64,000 bases of DNA from an uncultured delta proteobacterium. GTDB taxonomy: Bacteria > Desulfobacterota > Desulfobacteria > Desulfobacterales > JAFDCJ01. The position numbers were made by a program, and so were the translations under genes. Below, piece by piece: positions 40,726-50,881 of the stretch. The notes below the pieces were generated by a model. The model did not search any database. It was given only the letters and a program-made list of their open reading frames with translations, and was not told where the DNA came from. The number at the start of each line of letters is the position of its first letter. Within the stretch, counting starts at the first letter, position 1. Location of the stretch: positions 75,394 through 139,393 of the forward strand of contig CAVYNY010000030.1 of the NCBI GenBank assembly GCA_963769935.1. Reading direction: 5' to 3'.

Positions 40726-42225
40726 TCAATGGACAGCTGCATACATTACCATTGTCTCGGTTGCGTCTTCAGCATTGAATTCCTCAACGATACGCCCTTG
40801 ACGGGAAACAAGAATACGGTCGGACAAATGGAGAATTTCAGGCAAATATGATGAAATGACGACGATCGCCAGGCCATCGTCCGCAAGTTTATTTATAATC
40901 TGGTGAATTTCAGTTATCGCCCCGACATCTACGCCGCGAGTCGGTTCATCGAAAATGATCAGCTTCGGGCGTTGCGCGAGCGCTTTGGCAATCACGACCT
41001 TCTGCTGATTTCCTCCGGATAATTCGATGACGCGCGCATCGTTTCCGGTGGCCTTGATGTTGAGGGTCTTGGTCCATTCTTCCGCCATTTTCCGCATTTC
41101 ACTCATATTGACGATGAAACTCCTGGTCAATCCGGCAGTCATCGCCGCTATGTAAATGTTCCGCGCAATGGACATCGTTTCAAAAAAGCCCTCGATTTTC
41201 CGGTCTTCGGTTACATAAATAATCCCGTCCCTGACTGCCGGCTGCGGCACTCTGTACCGGACGGATCTGCCTTCTAATTTTACTTCTCCGCCATGAACGA
41301 GGTCTCTCTTCACAACCCCGGCAATAATTTTGGCAGTCTCGGTTCTGCCGGAACCAACCAGGCCGAAAATTCCGGTAACTTGTCCCGCAAAGACTGAAAA
41401 GGAGTTGTTACGAACAATATTCTGCATCGACAAATTCTGGACGCTCAATACCATTCGACCGGCTTTTCTTCTTTTTCTGCCTTGCGCACTGACATCATAG
41501 AGCTCACCACCAAGCGGTCGTCCGACCATGGCTTGAACGATTCTATCTCTAGTAAAATTAGAAGCGGCATCGGTTACTACTTTTTCACCATCACGAAGCA
41601 CTGTAATACGATCTGCTGATTGCAATGCTTCCTCCAACACGTGTGTTATAAATATTATTGTAACACCGGCTTGGCGCAGGCGATTCAGTAAAGCAAAAAA
41701 ATGATGTTTTTCTTCAGGCGTCAGCGTAGCAGTTGGTTCATCAAAAATGATGATGCGGGCATTATAGTACACAGCCCTGGCGATCTCGACCATCTGCTTT
41801 TGCGCTGCACCGAGCCTCGCCACCGTTACCGAGGGGTTTACTGAAAAATTAAGAGATTGAAGATATTGCTGCGCCGCTATGTAAATCGTCCGAAGCCGAT
41901 TATAAAATTTTTCTTTTCCCAAAAACAAATTCTGGGCAACCGTGAGCGACGGCACAAGGCTGGTCTCCTGAAACACCATTGCAATACCGTGCGCGATGCC
42001 ATCTGTCGGATGATTTATTTTAATGGGTTTTCCATCGAGTATAATTTCTCCCGCGGTCGGCGTAACGGCTCCTGCCAGTATTTTTGTCAACGTTGACTTA
42101 CCGGCGCCGTTTTCGCCGACCAAAGCATGGATTTCGTTCTCTTCCAGGTCAAAATCCACCTTCTTGAGAACCGGAACCCCTTTGTATTCCTTGGTCATAC
42201 TCTTCATCTGGAGAATTACAGCCAT
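40726..42225 (-). CDS. Monosaccharide-type ABC ATP-binding protein (two domains)
   Basis: GENGAGKST, FDEPT and LSGGNQQKV. Confidence 0.92.
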   Translation of the reverse strand: MAVILQMKSMTKEYKGVPVLKKVDFDLEENEIHALVGENGAGKSTLTKILAGAVTPTAGEIILDGKPIKINHPTDGIAHGIAMVFQETSLVPSLTVAQNLFLGKEKFYNRLRTIYIAAQQYLQSLNFSVNPSVTVARLGAAQKQMVEIARAVYYNARIIIFDEPTATLTPEEKHHFFALLNRLRQAGVTIIFITHVLEEALQSADRITVLRDGEKVVTDAASNFTRDRIVQAMVGRPLGGELYDVSAQGRKRRKAGRMVLSVQNLSMQNIVRNNSFSVFAGQVTGIFGLVGSGRTETAKIIAGVVKRDLVHGGEVKLEGRSVRYRVPQPAVRDGIIYVTEDRKIEGFFETMSIARNIYIAAMTAGLTRSFIVNMSEMRKMAEEWTKTLNIKATGNDARVIELSGGNQQKVVIAKALAQRPKLIIFDEPTRGVDVGAITEIHQIINKLADDGLAIVVISSYLPEILHLSDRILVSRQGRIVEEFNAEDATETMVMYAAVH

Positions 42226-42230
42226 AGTGT

Positions 42231-43304
42231 TTATCTCTTCTCAATCCGATCAATCGGATATGATGCGACCATGCCGTCGCCTTTAACGGCCAGCAACAAT
42301 CTTGCCTTATGTTCCATGCAACTTGTGATGCCGTGCTTTGACCCGTCGGCTCTACTGTGTAAACTGCCGACCGGCTGGAAGTTGCCGTCTAGCCGGATAA
42401 CCAAACCATAGGATCGGGCAGGAGACCATGGTTTCATTATTCCCAACTGCTTGACGCCTCCGGCTTGCAGCGGCTCATAGAGCGATTTATTGCTGCGTAG
42501 GGTCGGAGCCAGCCAGAAATCGGGATCAATGTTTTCCAGCATTAATTTACGGTATCTTTTTTCTCGCAGCACAAACTCCACCAACTGGCTGCGGGGAGCA
42601 AATACAGTCAGCCAAATGCCGTTCTCACGAGCCGGCGCCATCCGGGAGACATAGCCGGGCAAATGCCCCAGCACCTCATCCGGCGGCTTGCTCCCGTCTA
42701 AAAAGATTCTGAGGAGCCGGCTCCGCCAACTTTCCGCAACAATAAACATTTTGCCGTCATAATAAATGCCATACGGAAAAGCCAAGCCGCCGCAGATCTT
42801 GGTCTGCTTACCAGTGGCTATTTCGACACGCCATACCGATCCCGATGAATTCTTTTCCATAAGATCTCTCTTCCACTCATTGTACTTGTTTGTGGCAGAT
42901 CCATGGGTGACGAATAAGTGGTTGTCGGAATCGGCCTGCATCGCTGTGGGGCAGTTGGCTCCTTTATTTGGTTTAATGATTTTACCATTGTCCGGTCCAT
43001 TGACAATGGCGATCCGGCCATCAATTAATCCAACGGCCAGTCCTCCATTTGGTAATCCCGTCATACAGGATATCTCGACATCGAAACGGGCGACCTCTTT
43101 GGCTCCATTATCGACTTCCAAGATTTTGGAACGGCTGCTGACAACAGGTACACCGTTCATAATCGCAAGGCAATCCGGAGCGTCAACAATCAATAATTTT
43201 TCAGTTTCTTCTAATAGCTCATTTGGCATTAACGCCCCGTCCAATGGAGGAACGGTAATCGAGAACTCTCCGCGACCTAAATATTTCTTTATCATCCTTA
43301 TCAT
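42231..43304 (-). CDS. Strictosidine synthase/SMP-30-like beta-propeller protein
   Basis: GLAFPYGI, VAESWRSRL and LPGYVS; ATGA overlap with the upstream fusion gene. Confidence 0.75.
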   Translation of the reverse strand: MIRMIKKYLGRGEFSITVPPLDGALMPNELLEETEKLLIVDAPDCLAIMNGVPVVSSRSKILEVDNGAKEVARFDVEISCMTGLPNGGLAVGLIDGRIAIVNGPDNGKIIKPNKGANCPTAMQADSDNHLFVTHGSATNKYNEWKRDLMEKNSSGSVWRVEIATGKQTKICGGLAFPYGIYYDGKMFIVAESWRSRLLRIFLDGSKPPDEVLGHLPGYVSRMAPARENGIWLTVFAPRSQLVEFVLREKRYRKLMLENIDPDFWLAPTLRSNKSLYEPLQAGGVKQLGIMKPWSPARSYGLVIRLDGNFQPVGSLHSRADGSKHGITSCMEHKARLLLAVKGDGMVASYPIDRIEKR

Positions 43305-45424
43305 GAGCGGTCTCCCCAATATGATAACTTTCCTGTCCAGGAAGTATCCGCACCTGAAAGACGAATCCGGCCGATGCGATTGTTATTAATCCCGCCCAGG
43401 TATAAATAGCCCCGATGCTCACGCATTGATGTGACCATCGGATGATTCTCCCCGCCGAGATCCCAAAATGATTCGAGGACTTCACCGTGATCGTTAAACT
43501 TAATCACACAACCTGTGTTAATGTTCGGGAACAACCATTCATCGCTGGCTACTCTGCGCGACATTCTTTTGCGAAAACCGGGCATTGTCATTGCCAGATC
43601 ATACGTCGGTGTTCTCATACCAACGAGCGCCAGCCAGTAATGGCCGTCGGAGGATCGATTGATATTATCCGGATAGCCCGGTATATTGGGTAAAATACTT
43701 TCAACCTTGCCGGCCTTCGGCCCATTCAGCCAATAACGGCTGACCCGGCATCCCCATGTTTCCGCAAAGAAAAACGAGTTATTATCATGCGCCACGCATA
43801 CACCATTCGAAAACACAAGATTCCTGATAAGCGTTTTGGTCTTCTTATTGGAAGGGTCGTAGCAAAGAATACGTCCGTTTCCTCTACTCTCAAGAGAATC
43901 CACCGGCCATTCGTGCATTTCATAGCGTTTTGTTGCTTCGCTGAAGAATACTCTTCCATCCGGCGCTACATCCAAATCATCGGCCAGACTCAAGCGAGAG
44001 TCGTCGATTATCGACCAAGGGGTTCTGTTGGTTTCATCCGTCAATTTGGTGATTGATCTGTCTTTACCAATGCTGTAAAGTCCCATTCCCCCGATGCAAA
44101 CCAGAATATTGCCGTTTTTGTCCCATGCCAATCCCAATGGCCTGCCGCCGCAATGCGCAAATACTTCCGGCTCTTTATACTCAGGTGCTTTGAAACGAAT
44201 AATATCCCCTATTCTATTGCCTGTATAGATATCGTCATTATTGTCCAGGAGGATGTCTTCCGGTCCATCGATTTTGCCGAGTCCGATCAGCTCGACATCG
44301 CGCAGGCGATCATTAATTGCGTAAGGTGATGCTGATCCTGCCTCCGTGGCCGGAGGCGGCGGAAGCGGAAAATAAGTTGGGGAAACATAAACTTTTGTTA
44401 ATATTTTGTAACGGTTTTTAATAAACCGAATGTCAACAATCACTGCAAACAGAAGCATTATACCCAGAAATACTTGAGTGGCACCACTCTGCAGTCCAAG
44501 GCGAATCAAGCCGTTAGTTAGAAGAAGAACTATAAGGGCGCCCATAACTGCCTTGGCGGCCGAACCTCTGCCTCCGCCTAAACTGTTTCCCCCGACCACG
44601 GCAGCAGTAAGCACCATGAGTTCAAGCCCCACGCCGGTATCGGAGCCTACGCTGGAGAGTCTTGTTGCATACAGAAAGCCTGCCATGCCAACAAGAATAC
44701 CGGCCGCGATATAAGTCAGACAAATATCGCGTTTTACTGCGATCCCGACGTTATAAGCCGAGCGACGCGCCCCGCCTATCGCCATAATACGCCAGCCGGG
44801 CTTCATACGGCTGATAACTAAATGGACGCTGACACCGACAATCATAAGCACCCAAAAACTGGAAGGAATTTGCAGCAGAGTCCCTTCTCCGAGGAAATCC
44901 CATATGGGGGAGTCCGGGAATTTACCCGCCATGTCGGTAGCATAGCGCAAATACAATAAGTCCACGATTGACCTGACGATGACGAGCGTGACCAGCGTTG
45001 TAAGGAAAGCGCGAAGCCGCAGATAACCAATCAATATACCATTGACGAGGCCGACGAGCGCTCCAATCAGAAGAGACGCCATTAACACGGGCACTATCGG
45101 CCAACCCGCAAGAGATGTTAGTCCCAGTGCGGATAAATTTACCAAGGCGAATGTGGAGGCGACGCTAAGATCGATGCCGCCGGAGACCATGACGACCATC
45201 ATGGCAATTACGATTATGCCAAACTCACCTAGCTGCCGAGAGGTGTCGACCAGACTGCCTGTTGTGAAAAAATCCGGAATGATTGTACCTAAGCTTGTAA
45301 CAACGGCAATTAAAACCAGAAACGGAATTAAATTATCAACCCAACGCTTTGTCAGGATTTCACCTATAAGGTGCGTCGGCAGATAGACATAGCGAAACCT
45401 CATCGCTCCATTGTATAAAGACAT
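43301..45424 (-). CDS. ABC permease (RbsC-like) fused to a C-terminal strictosidine synthase-like propeller
   Basis: N-half GGIDLSV and AVVGGNSLGGG; C-half DGPEDI, GGRPLG, LADDLDV, VFSNGV and PGYPDNI. Confidence 0.88.
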   Translation of the reverse strand: MSLYNGAMRFRYVYLPTHLIGEILTKRWVDNLIPFLVLIAVVTSLGTIIPDFFTTGSLVDTSRQLGEFGIIVIAMMVVMVSGGIDLSVASTFALVNLSALGLTSLAGWPIVPVLMASLLIGALVGLVNGILIGYLRLRAFLTTLVTLVIVRSIVDLLYLRYATDMAGKFPDSPIWDFLGEGTLLQIPSSFWVLMIVGVSVHLVISRMKPGWRIMAIGGARRSAYNVGIAVKRDICLTYIAAGILVGMAGFLYATRLSSVGSDTGVGLELMVLTAAVVGGNSLGGGRGSAAKAVMGALIVLLLTNGLIRLGLQSGATQVFLGIMLLFAVIVDIRFIKNRYKILTKVYVSPTYFPLPPPPATEAGSASPYAINDRLRDVELIGLGKIDGPEDILLDNNDDIYTGNRIGDIIRFKAPEYKEPEVFAHCGGRPLGLAWDKNGNILVCIGGMGLYSIGKDRSITKLTDETNRTPWSIIDDSRLSLADDLDVAPDGRVFFSEATKRYEMHEWPVDSLESRGNGRILCYDPSNKKTKTLIRNLVFSNGVCVAHDNNSFFFAETWGCRVSRYWLNGPKAGKVESILPNIPGYPDNINRSSDGHYWLALVGMRTPTYDLAMTMPGFRKRMSRRVASDEWLFPNINTGCVIKFNDHGEVLESFWDLGGENHPMVTSMREHRGYLYLGGINNNRIGRIRLSGADTSWTGKLSYWGDRS

Positions 45425-45445
45425 TTTTTAAACCTTCTAAGGAGT

Positions 45446-46477
45446 CTATTTCTTTATCAATTCAGCAGGGTCCCAGCAAGAATCGGATTTGATGGTTTCT
45501 TTATTGATCAGTTGCAATGGGGAAAGTATAGAAACCTTGTACTCTCCCGGCTTGACTTTAGACTGCAGCAGGTATGAAATCAGAGCGAAAATATCACGGC
45601 CCTGTCCGGGAACATTGTAAGAAATAACTTCGTCAAAGGTCCCATCCATAACGTTGTCACAGGAAAACTTGGCGCCGCCGCCGGAGGTATTCAAGTATAC
45701 CGGCTTATCCCGTTTGGCCCGTTTATTAAATTCCTGGACTGCCGCAGCGGTACCGGTGTCCATTACGTCCCACATTCCCATAATCCCGCAAATGTCCGGA
45801 TTTGCCTGCAGAATTGTAGCTGTGATGTTGCGGGCTTTGGTCGCATCCCAGTCCGCAGCCTGGTCGGCAACGATTTTTATTTCGGGATGTTGGGACAGGA
45901 CATTCTCGACACCTTTCCTGGCAAAACCGCTGGCGCCCGAGGTAACAACCCCCTGCACAATTGCCACTTTACCGCTTGTGCCCGAGCCTTCGCCGCAGAC
46001 CTTAACGATTTGTTCGGCCTGCATTTCACCGATCCGGGTATAGTCGGCTCCCACGAATCCGGAACTTCCCATGCTCGATCTCATGTTAACCGAGATTACA
46101 TAAATGCCGGCCCGTTCAGCTCTCTGGATAAGCTTGGCATAAGAATTCACATCAGGATTATGAACTACGATTACGTCCGGTTTCTGCGAGATCAGGGAGG
46201 TAATAGCCTGGGCCCCGGCATCGATATTATAATTCGGATCACGTATTGAAAAATCCATTCCCACGTCGGTTGCCAGGCTTCTCAGAGTAGCGGCCCAACC
46301 ATCCGTCAAGTAAGAACCCATAGCAACGGGGACAAACACGATCTTTTTTCCCTTGAGTGCTTTATAATAATCGAGACGCGCCGGATCATCAACGCCCGCT
46401 GCCATAGCGTTTTGAAGCATCGCAGCACCGATGACGAATGAAATTGCCAAGCATAAAATTGCCCATCTCTTTTTCAT
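45446..46477 (-). CDS. Sugar-type ABC substrate-binding protein, copy B
   Basis: Signal peptide MKKRWAILCL; near-identical to 48412..49443; RBS AAGGAGG. Confidence 0.88.
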   Translation of the reverse strand: MKKRWAILCLAISFVIGAAMLQNAMAAGVDDPARLDYYKALKGKKIVFVPVAMGSYLTDGWAATLRSLATDVGMDFSIRDPNYNIDAGAQAITSLISQKPDVIVVHNPDVNSYAKLIQRAERAGIYVISVNMRSSMGSSGFVGADYTRIGEMQAEQIVKVCGEGSGTSGKVAIVQGVVTSGASGFARKGVENVLSQHPEIKIVADQAADWDATKARNITATILQANPDICGIMGMWDVMDTGTAAAVQEFNKRAKRDKPVYLNTSGGGAKFSCDNVMDGTFDEVISYNVPGQGRDIFALISYLLQSKVKPGEYKVSILSPLQLINKETIKSDSCWDPAELIKK

Positions 46478-48381
46478 TTTCTTACCTCCTTGGTTTGCCA
46501 TTTTATCTTTAAATTGATCGGCAGGTCTATGAAAGCATAGATTATTTCCGCTTCGATCTCTCGTTTGTTTTTTTCTACCTTGCCTGAATTAACAACTACC
46601 GTAACATCAGTTTTGCCGTCTTTGAGCGTTTCCGTCCTGATATCAGCAACAGTCCCTTGATCCATGTATTTCGATAGAATCTGGCGCGTCTTTTCCTTTA
46701 CTCCCAGTTCGCGAAGAGATGGTTTGAATATTTTTCCGACCGTAGTCGTCGGCATCTCTTCAATCTCAAAGATTTTTTTAGGTTTGGCCGGTGGTTCAGC
46801 AATGTGCTTGATCATATATTTTTCGAAATCCACAATGTCCAGATCTTTCCCCGGTGCCTTTACGACAAAGAGAATCGGCACCTCACCGGCATACTCGTCA
46901 GGCATACCCACAGCGGCACTCAGCGCTACCGCTGGATGGGCATCGGCAACTTCTTCAATAGAGGCCGGATCAATATTGTGGCCGCTACGAATAATGAGAT
47001 CTTTTTGGCGACCAGTTAAAAACAGCCTATTTCCAACATTCATATAGCCTAAATCTCCGGTCACCAGCCAGCCGCCTTCCAACAAAGCCCCGGCATTATG
47101 CTGCGGGTCTTTGTATCCCGGAAACACCTGCGGTCCGCGAACCAGCACGGCTCCTATCTCCCCGACATCGCATTTAACCACGGTTTCATTTTCAAGTTCT
47201 TTCTGTCTGGCAACTATAAGGTCGGAAAAAGGAACCCTCAGGCCGGCCGATCCCAGAATCCGCTTCCCCATGACAGGGTTGCTCGAAATCATGGCCCCCG
47301 TCTCCGTCATTCCGTATTGCTCGTAAAGAGAACCATTGATCTTCATTTCAAAACGTTCACCGACAGGTACCGGACATAGGGCTCCACCCGTGGTCCCTAT
47401 TCGCACGGATGAAATGTCGGCATCTCCAACCGGGACATCGGAAATAGCAACAAGAGCCGTGGGAACGCCACCGATGATGGTCGCTTTATACCGTTCAACA
47501 ATTTTCCAATAGTTGCGAAGTATATCCTGGTTTCTCAAGCCATAGGGGGAAAGAATGACATCGTGCGCACCGGCGGCCATCGCGGACATGCCTGACGATA
47601 TCGTCCCTCCGACGTGAAACATCGGCAGACAATTCAAGATCACATCTGTTTCATCGATACCCCACATTTGCGCAAACGCCCAGGCACCATGGATCTGGTT
47701 GCCATGGGTCAGCTGGACGAGCTTTGGAGTTCCGGTTGTACCCCCGGTGTGAAACAAGGCGGCGATTGTATTTCTGCCTATTTCTCTGGCAAAGGTTAAA
47801 CGGTCATTGGGATAGGCCTTGACCGTTTCATCGAAATCATGCATGCGGCTATCTTTTACCGGCCCACCGCCGAGAACGAATATTTTCCTGATCATATCTG
47901 CTTGGGCGATGACTGCCTGGACCTTTGTCCAAATGTCTTTGTCCACATTCGGACCGGGAACGACAAGAATTTCCGCATTTTCCGCGCGCAACAAATCAAC
48001 AATTACGTCGGGGCTAAGAAGATAGTTGATACTGCTCACAATGCCTGCCGTCTGGGTACCCCAAATTGTGGCCGGGATTTGGTCATAGGTCGGAGAAATA
48101 ATGGCGACGACACCGCCTTTTCTCGTGACCGTATCGTACATCATGTTGGCCACACGCGTAACTTCTCGCAATAGTTCTTTATTGGTCCGGGTATGGGCGG
48201 CATCGTCTAAATTGCCTGAAGGCAGAACCGTTAACCCCGGTCTGTCAGGGTAAAGTGTAGCAGTGGCAGTGAAAAGATCATAGACACTTTTTGCTGTCAC
48301 CAATTCGTCGTAAGGTTGCTTCTCAAGGGTTTCAATATCCTTAAGATCTCTAATCGGTATCGTATACTTCGTTGTTCTCAT
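46474..48381 (-). CDS. Acyl-CoA synthetase (AMP-forming), copy A, intact
   Basis: FHTGGTTGTPK, LPMFHV, QYGMTE, TGDLG, GRQKDLIIRSGHNI and VGKIFK. Confidence 0.92.
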   Translation of the reverse strand: MRTTKYTIPIRDLKDIETLEKQPYDELVTAKSVYDLFTATATLYPDRPGLTVLPSGNLDDAAHTRTNKELLREVTRVANMMYDTVTRKGGVVAIISPTYDQIPATIWGTQTAGIVSSINYLLSPDVIVDLLRAENAEILVVPGPNVDKDIWTKVQAVIAQADMIRKIFVLGGGPVKDSRMHDFDETVKAYPNDRLTFAREIGRNTIAALFHTGGTTGTPKLVQLTHGNQIHGAWAFAQMWGIDETDVILNCLPMFHVGGTISSGMSAMAAGAHDVILSPYGLRNQDILRNYWKIVERYKATIIGGVPTALVAISDVPVGDADISSVRIGTTGGALCPVPVGERFEMKINGSLYEQYGMTETGAMISSNPVMGKRILGSAGLRVPFSDLIVARQKELENETVVKCDVGEIGAVLVRGPQVFPGYKDPQHNAGALLEGGWLVTGDLGYMNVGNRLFLTGRQKDLIIRSGHNIDPASIEEVADAHPAVALSAAVGMPDEYAGEVPILFVVKAPGKDLDIVDFEKYMIKHIAEPPAKPKKIFEIEEMPTTTVGKIFKPSLRELGVKEKTRQILSKYMDQGTVADIRTETLKDGKTDVTVVVNSGKVEKNKREIEAEIIYAFIDLPINLKIKWQTKEVRK

Positions 48382-48411
48382 CTTAATTCATCGATTTCAA
48401 ATAGTTAAAGT

Positions 48412-49443
48412 CTATTGCTTTTTTAATTCAGCAGGATCCCAGCAAGAATCGGATTTGATGGTTTCTTTATTGATCAGTTGCAATGGGGAAAGTATAGAAA
48501 CCTTGTACTCTCCCGGCTTGACTTTAGACTGCAGCAGGTATGAAATCAGAGCGAAAATATCACGGCCCTGTCCGGGAACATTGTAAGAAATAACTTCGTC
48601 AAAGGTCCCATCCATAACGTTGTCACAGGAAAACTTGGCGCCGCCGCCGGAGGTATTCAAGTATACCGGCTTATCCCGTTTGGCCCGTTTATTAAATTCC
48701 TGGACTGCCGCAGCGGTACCGGTGTCCATTACGTCCCACATTCCCATAATCCCGCAAATGTCCGGATTTGCCTGCAGAATTGTAGCTGTGATGTTGCGGG
48801 CTTTGGTCGCATCCCAGTCCGCAGCCTGGTCGGCAACGATTTTTATTTCGGGATGTTGGGACAGGACATTCTCGACACCTTTCCTGGCAAAACCGCTGGC
48901 GCCCGAGGTAACAACCCCCTGCACAATTGCCACTTTACCGCTTGTGCCCGAGCCTTCGCCGCAGACCTTAACGATTTGTTCGGCCTGCATTTCACCGATC
49001 CGGGTATAGTCGGCTCCCACGAATCCGGAACTTCCCATGCTCGATCTCATGTTAACCGAGATTACATAAATGCCGGCCCGTTCAGCTCTCTGGATAAGCT
49101 TGGCATAAGAATTCACATCAGGATTATGAACTACGATTACATCCGGTTTCTGCGAGATCAGGGAGGTAATAGCCTGGGCCCCGGCATCGATATTCCAATT
49201 CGGATCACGTATTGAAAAATCCATTCCCACGTCGGTTGCCAGGCTTCTCAGAGTAGCGGCCCAACCTTCCGTCAGGTCAAAGCCCATGGCACAGGGGACA
49301 AACACGATCTTTTTTCCCTTGAGTGCTTTATAATAATCGAGACGCGCCGGATCATCAACGCCCGCTGCCATAGCGTTTTGAAGCATCGCAGCACCGATGA
49401 CGAATGAAATTGCCAAGCATAAAATTGCCCATCTCTTTTTCAT
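48412..49443 (-). CDS. Sugar-type ABC substrate-binding protein, copy A
   Basis: PBP type I pattern with signal peptide; RBS AAGGAGG. Confidence 0.88.
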   Translation of the reverse strand: MKKRWAILCLAISFVIGAAMLQNAMAAGVDDPARLDYYKALKGKKIVFVPCAMGFDLTEGWAATLRSLATDVGMDFSIRDPNWNIDAGAQAITSLISQKPDVIVVHNPDVNSYAKLIQRAERAGIYVISVNMRSSMGSSGFVGADYTRIGEMQAEQIVKVCGEGSGTSGKVAIVQGVVTSGASGFARKGVENVLSQHPEIKIVADQAADWDATKARNITATILQANPDICGIMGMWDVMDTGTAAAVQEFNKRAKRDKPVYLNTSGGGAKFSCDNVMDGTFDEVISYNVPGQGRDIFALISYLLQSKVKPGEYKVSILSPLQLINKETIKSDSCWDPAELKKQ

Positions 49444-49507
49444 TTTCCTACCTCCTTGGTTTATTTTGGTTGTTATTTAGATTAGCGATAAGGCTGCCAT
49501 AAATGAG

Positions 49508-50488
49508 TCAGATGTCACCCTGCTGTGCGGTTTGCTCATCGCGGGGATTCATTAGGCTGTCTATGATGATGGCAATCAGGAGAATGCAGCTCTTGACAAC
49601 ATTTTGCAGGGTGTATTGGATATCCATGATGGTCATGCCATTCCAGAGAACTCCGATCAGGAGCGTGCCGACAACAACATTGCGAATGCCGCCTCGCCCG
49701 CCCGAAAGACTTATGCCGCCGATGACGACAACCAGAAGCACGTCATATATGAAAGTCCCGGTAACCTGGCGTGTATTGACGGAAGCCACGGTCACGGCCG
49801 AAATGATTCCCGAAATATAACCAATAAGAGCGGACAGCGTGTACTGTAAGACTATTATCGGACGAACCGGTATTCCAACTATGCGAGATGCCTCAAGGTT
49901 ATCGCCGATCGAGTAGATTTGTTGACCTGGCCTCGTAAATTTCAGGAAAAGAGCGGTTAAGGTCAAAACCACAATAAAAAATATCACCGGCATGGGTATA
50001 ATGCCGAAAAGATATTTATTTCCCATCCAGGCAATCGCTGAAGCGTTCGGCGGCATATAAACAACTTCAAAATCGATTAGCTTGAGCCGCACGATGCCAA
50101 AAACAAAGATTCCCATTGCCAGCGTGCAGAAGATCGCCGGAATTTCAGCGAAGGCAATGATCAACCCATTGGCCAGGCCGACCAAAATCGCAAAACCGAG
50201 CCCTATAATCAGAGCGGTCTCAATAGAAAAACCGTGGCCGGCGAGATAAAAGGCCCAGGCAGTAGACATCGCCATAGTGGAAACGATCGAAAGGTCAATC
50301 CCCCGACCCAGGACGACTACGGCCATTGCCGTGGCGAGAATTCCCAGTGCGGAGACATTCCGGACAAGTGTAAACAAATTCTCGGCAACAAAAAAGCGTT
50401 CAAGCGTAACGGAGAATACGACAAAAAGCGCCACCGTAATCCCAATTACAATTTTCTCCTGTGTGATATGAAGACGAGATAGCAACAT
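49508..50488 (-). CDS. Monosaccharide-type ABC permease
   Basis: RGIDLSI and VVIGGISLSGGRG; likely start MLLSRL. Confidence 0.88.
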   Translation of the reverse strand: MLLSRLHITQEKIVIGITVALFVVFSVTLERFFVAENLFTLVRNVSALGILATAMAVVVLGRGIDLSIVSTMAMSTAWAFYLAGHGFSIETALIIGLGFAILVGLANGLIIAFAEIPAIFCTLAMGIFVFGIVRLKLIDFEVVYMPPNASAIAWMGNKYLFGIIPMPVIFFIVVLTLTALFLKFTRPGQQIYSIGDNLEASRIVGIPVRPIIVLQYTLSALIGYISGIISAVTVASVNTRQVTGTFIYDVLLVVVIGGISLSGGRGGIRNVVVGTLLIGVLWNGMTIMDIQYTLQNVVKSCILLIAIIIDSLMNPRDEQTAQQGDI

Positions 50489-50840
50489 CTTATCTGCAAG
50501 TTCCTTTAATTTATGAATTTCAATCAGTGAAAATAAAATAGGCGAGATTGGCCTGCCGTGCATTAAAATGCGCGCATTTTTTTTGTATATCAGTGCAAAA
50601 ATACCGCTAATTCGAGTTTCAAGACGGCGTTTCAATGGTTGCAGGATTCCAAAGCTGCTTGGAGATGTCTTGACACTGGCTAAAGAGAGGAATTGATAGG
50701 AAAATAGCGCTTGAAGAGCGCGATGGAATCTGCAGACACATATTGAATGAAAAATTTGCGCCAACGCAATGAATATATTAATCAAAGCAGTGTTGCTGCT
50801 TCGGAGCCACCCTTTGTTGGCCGCCCTCCTGATCCTTTCT

Positions 50841-50872
50841 GGCAGCCCTCCGGCAGAGCCGGGAGGGCTGCC
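50841..50872. terminator. GC-rich stem-loop downstream of the esterase gene
   Basis: ggcagccctccggc / gccgggagggctgcc. Confidence 0.55.
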
Positions 50873-50881
50873 TAAAGGAAA

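Noticed and set aside
45446..49443. Diversity-generating retroelement template/variable repeat pair
   Set aside because: The differences are not adenine-specific, both copies are full genes, and no reverse transcriptase is in the window.
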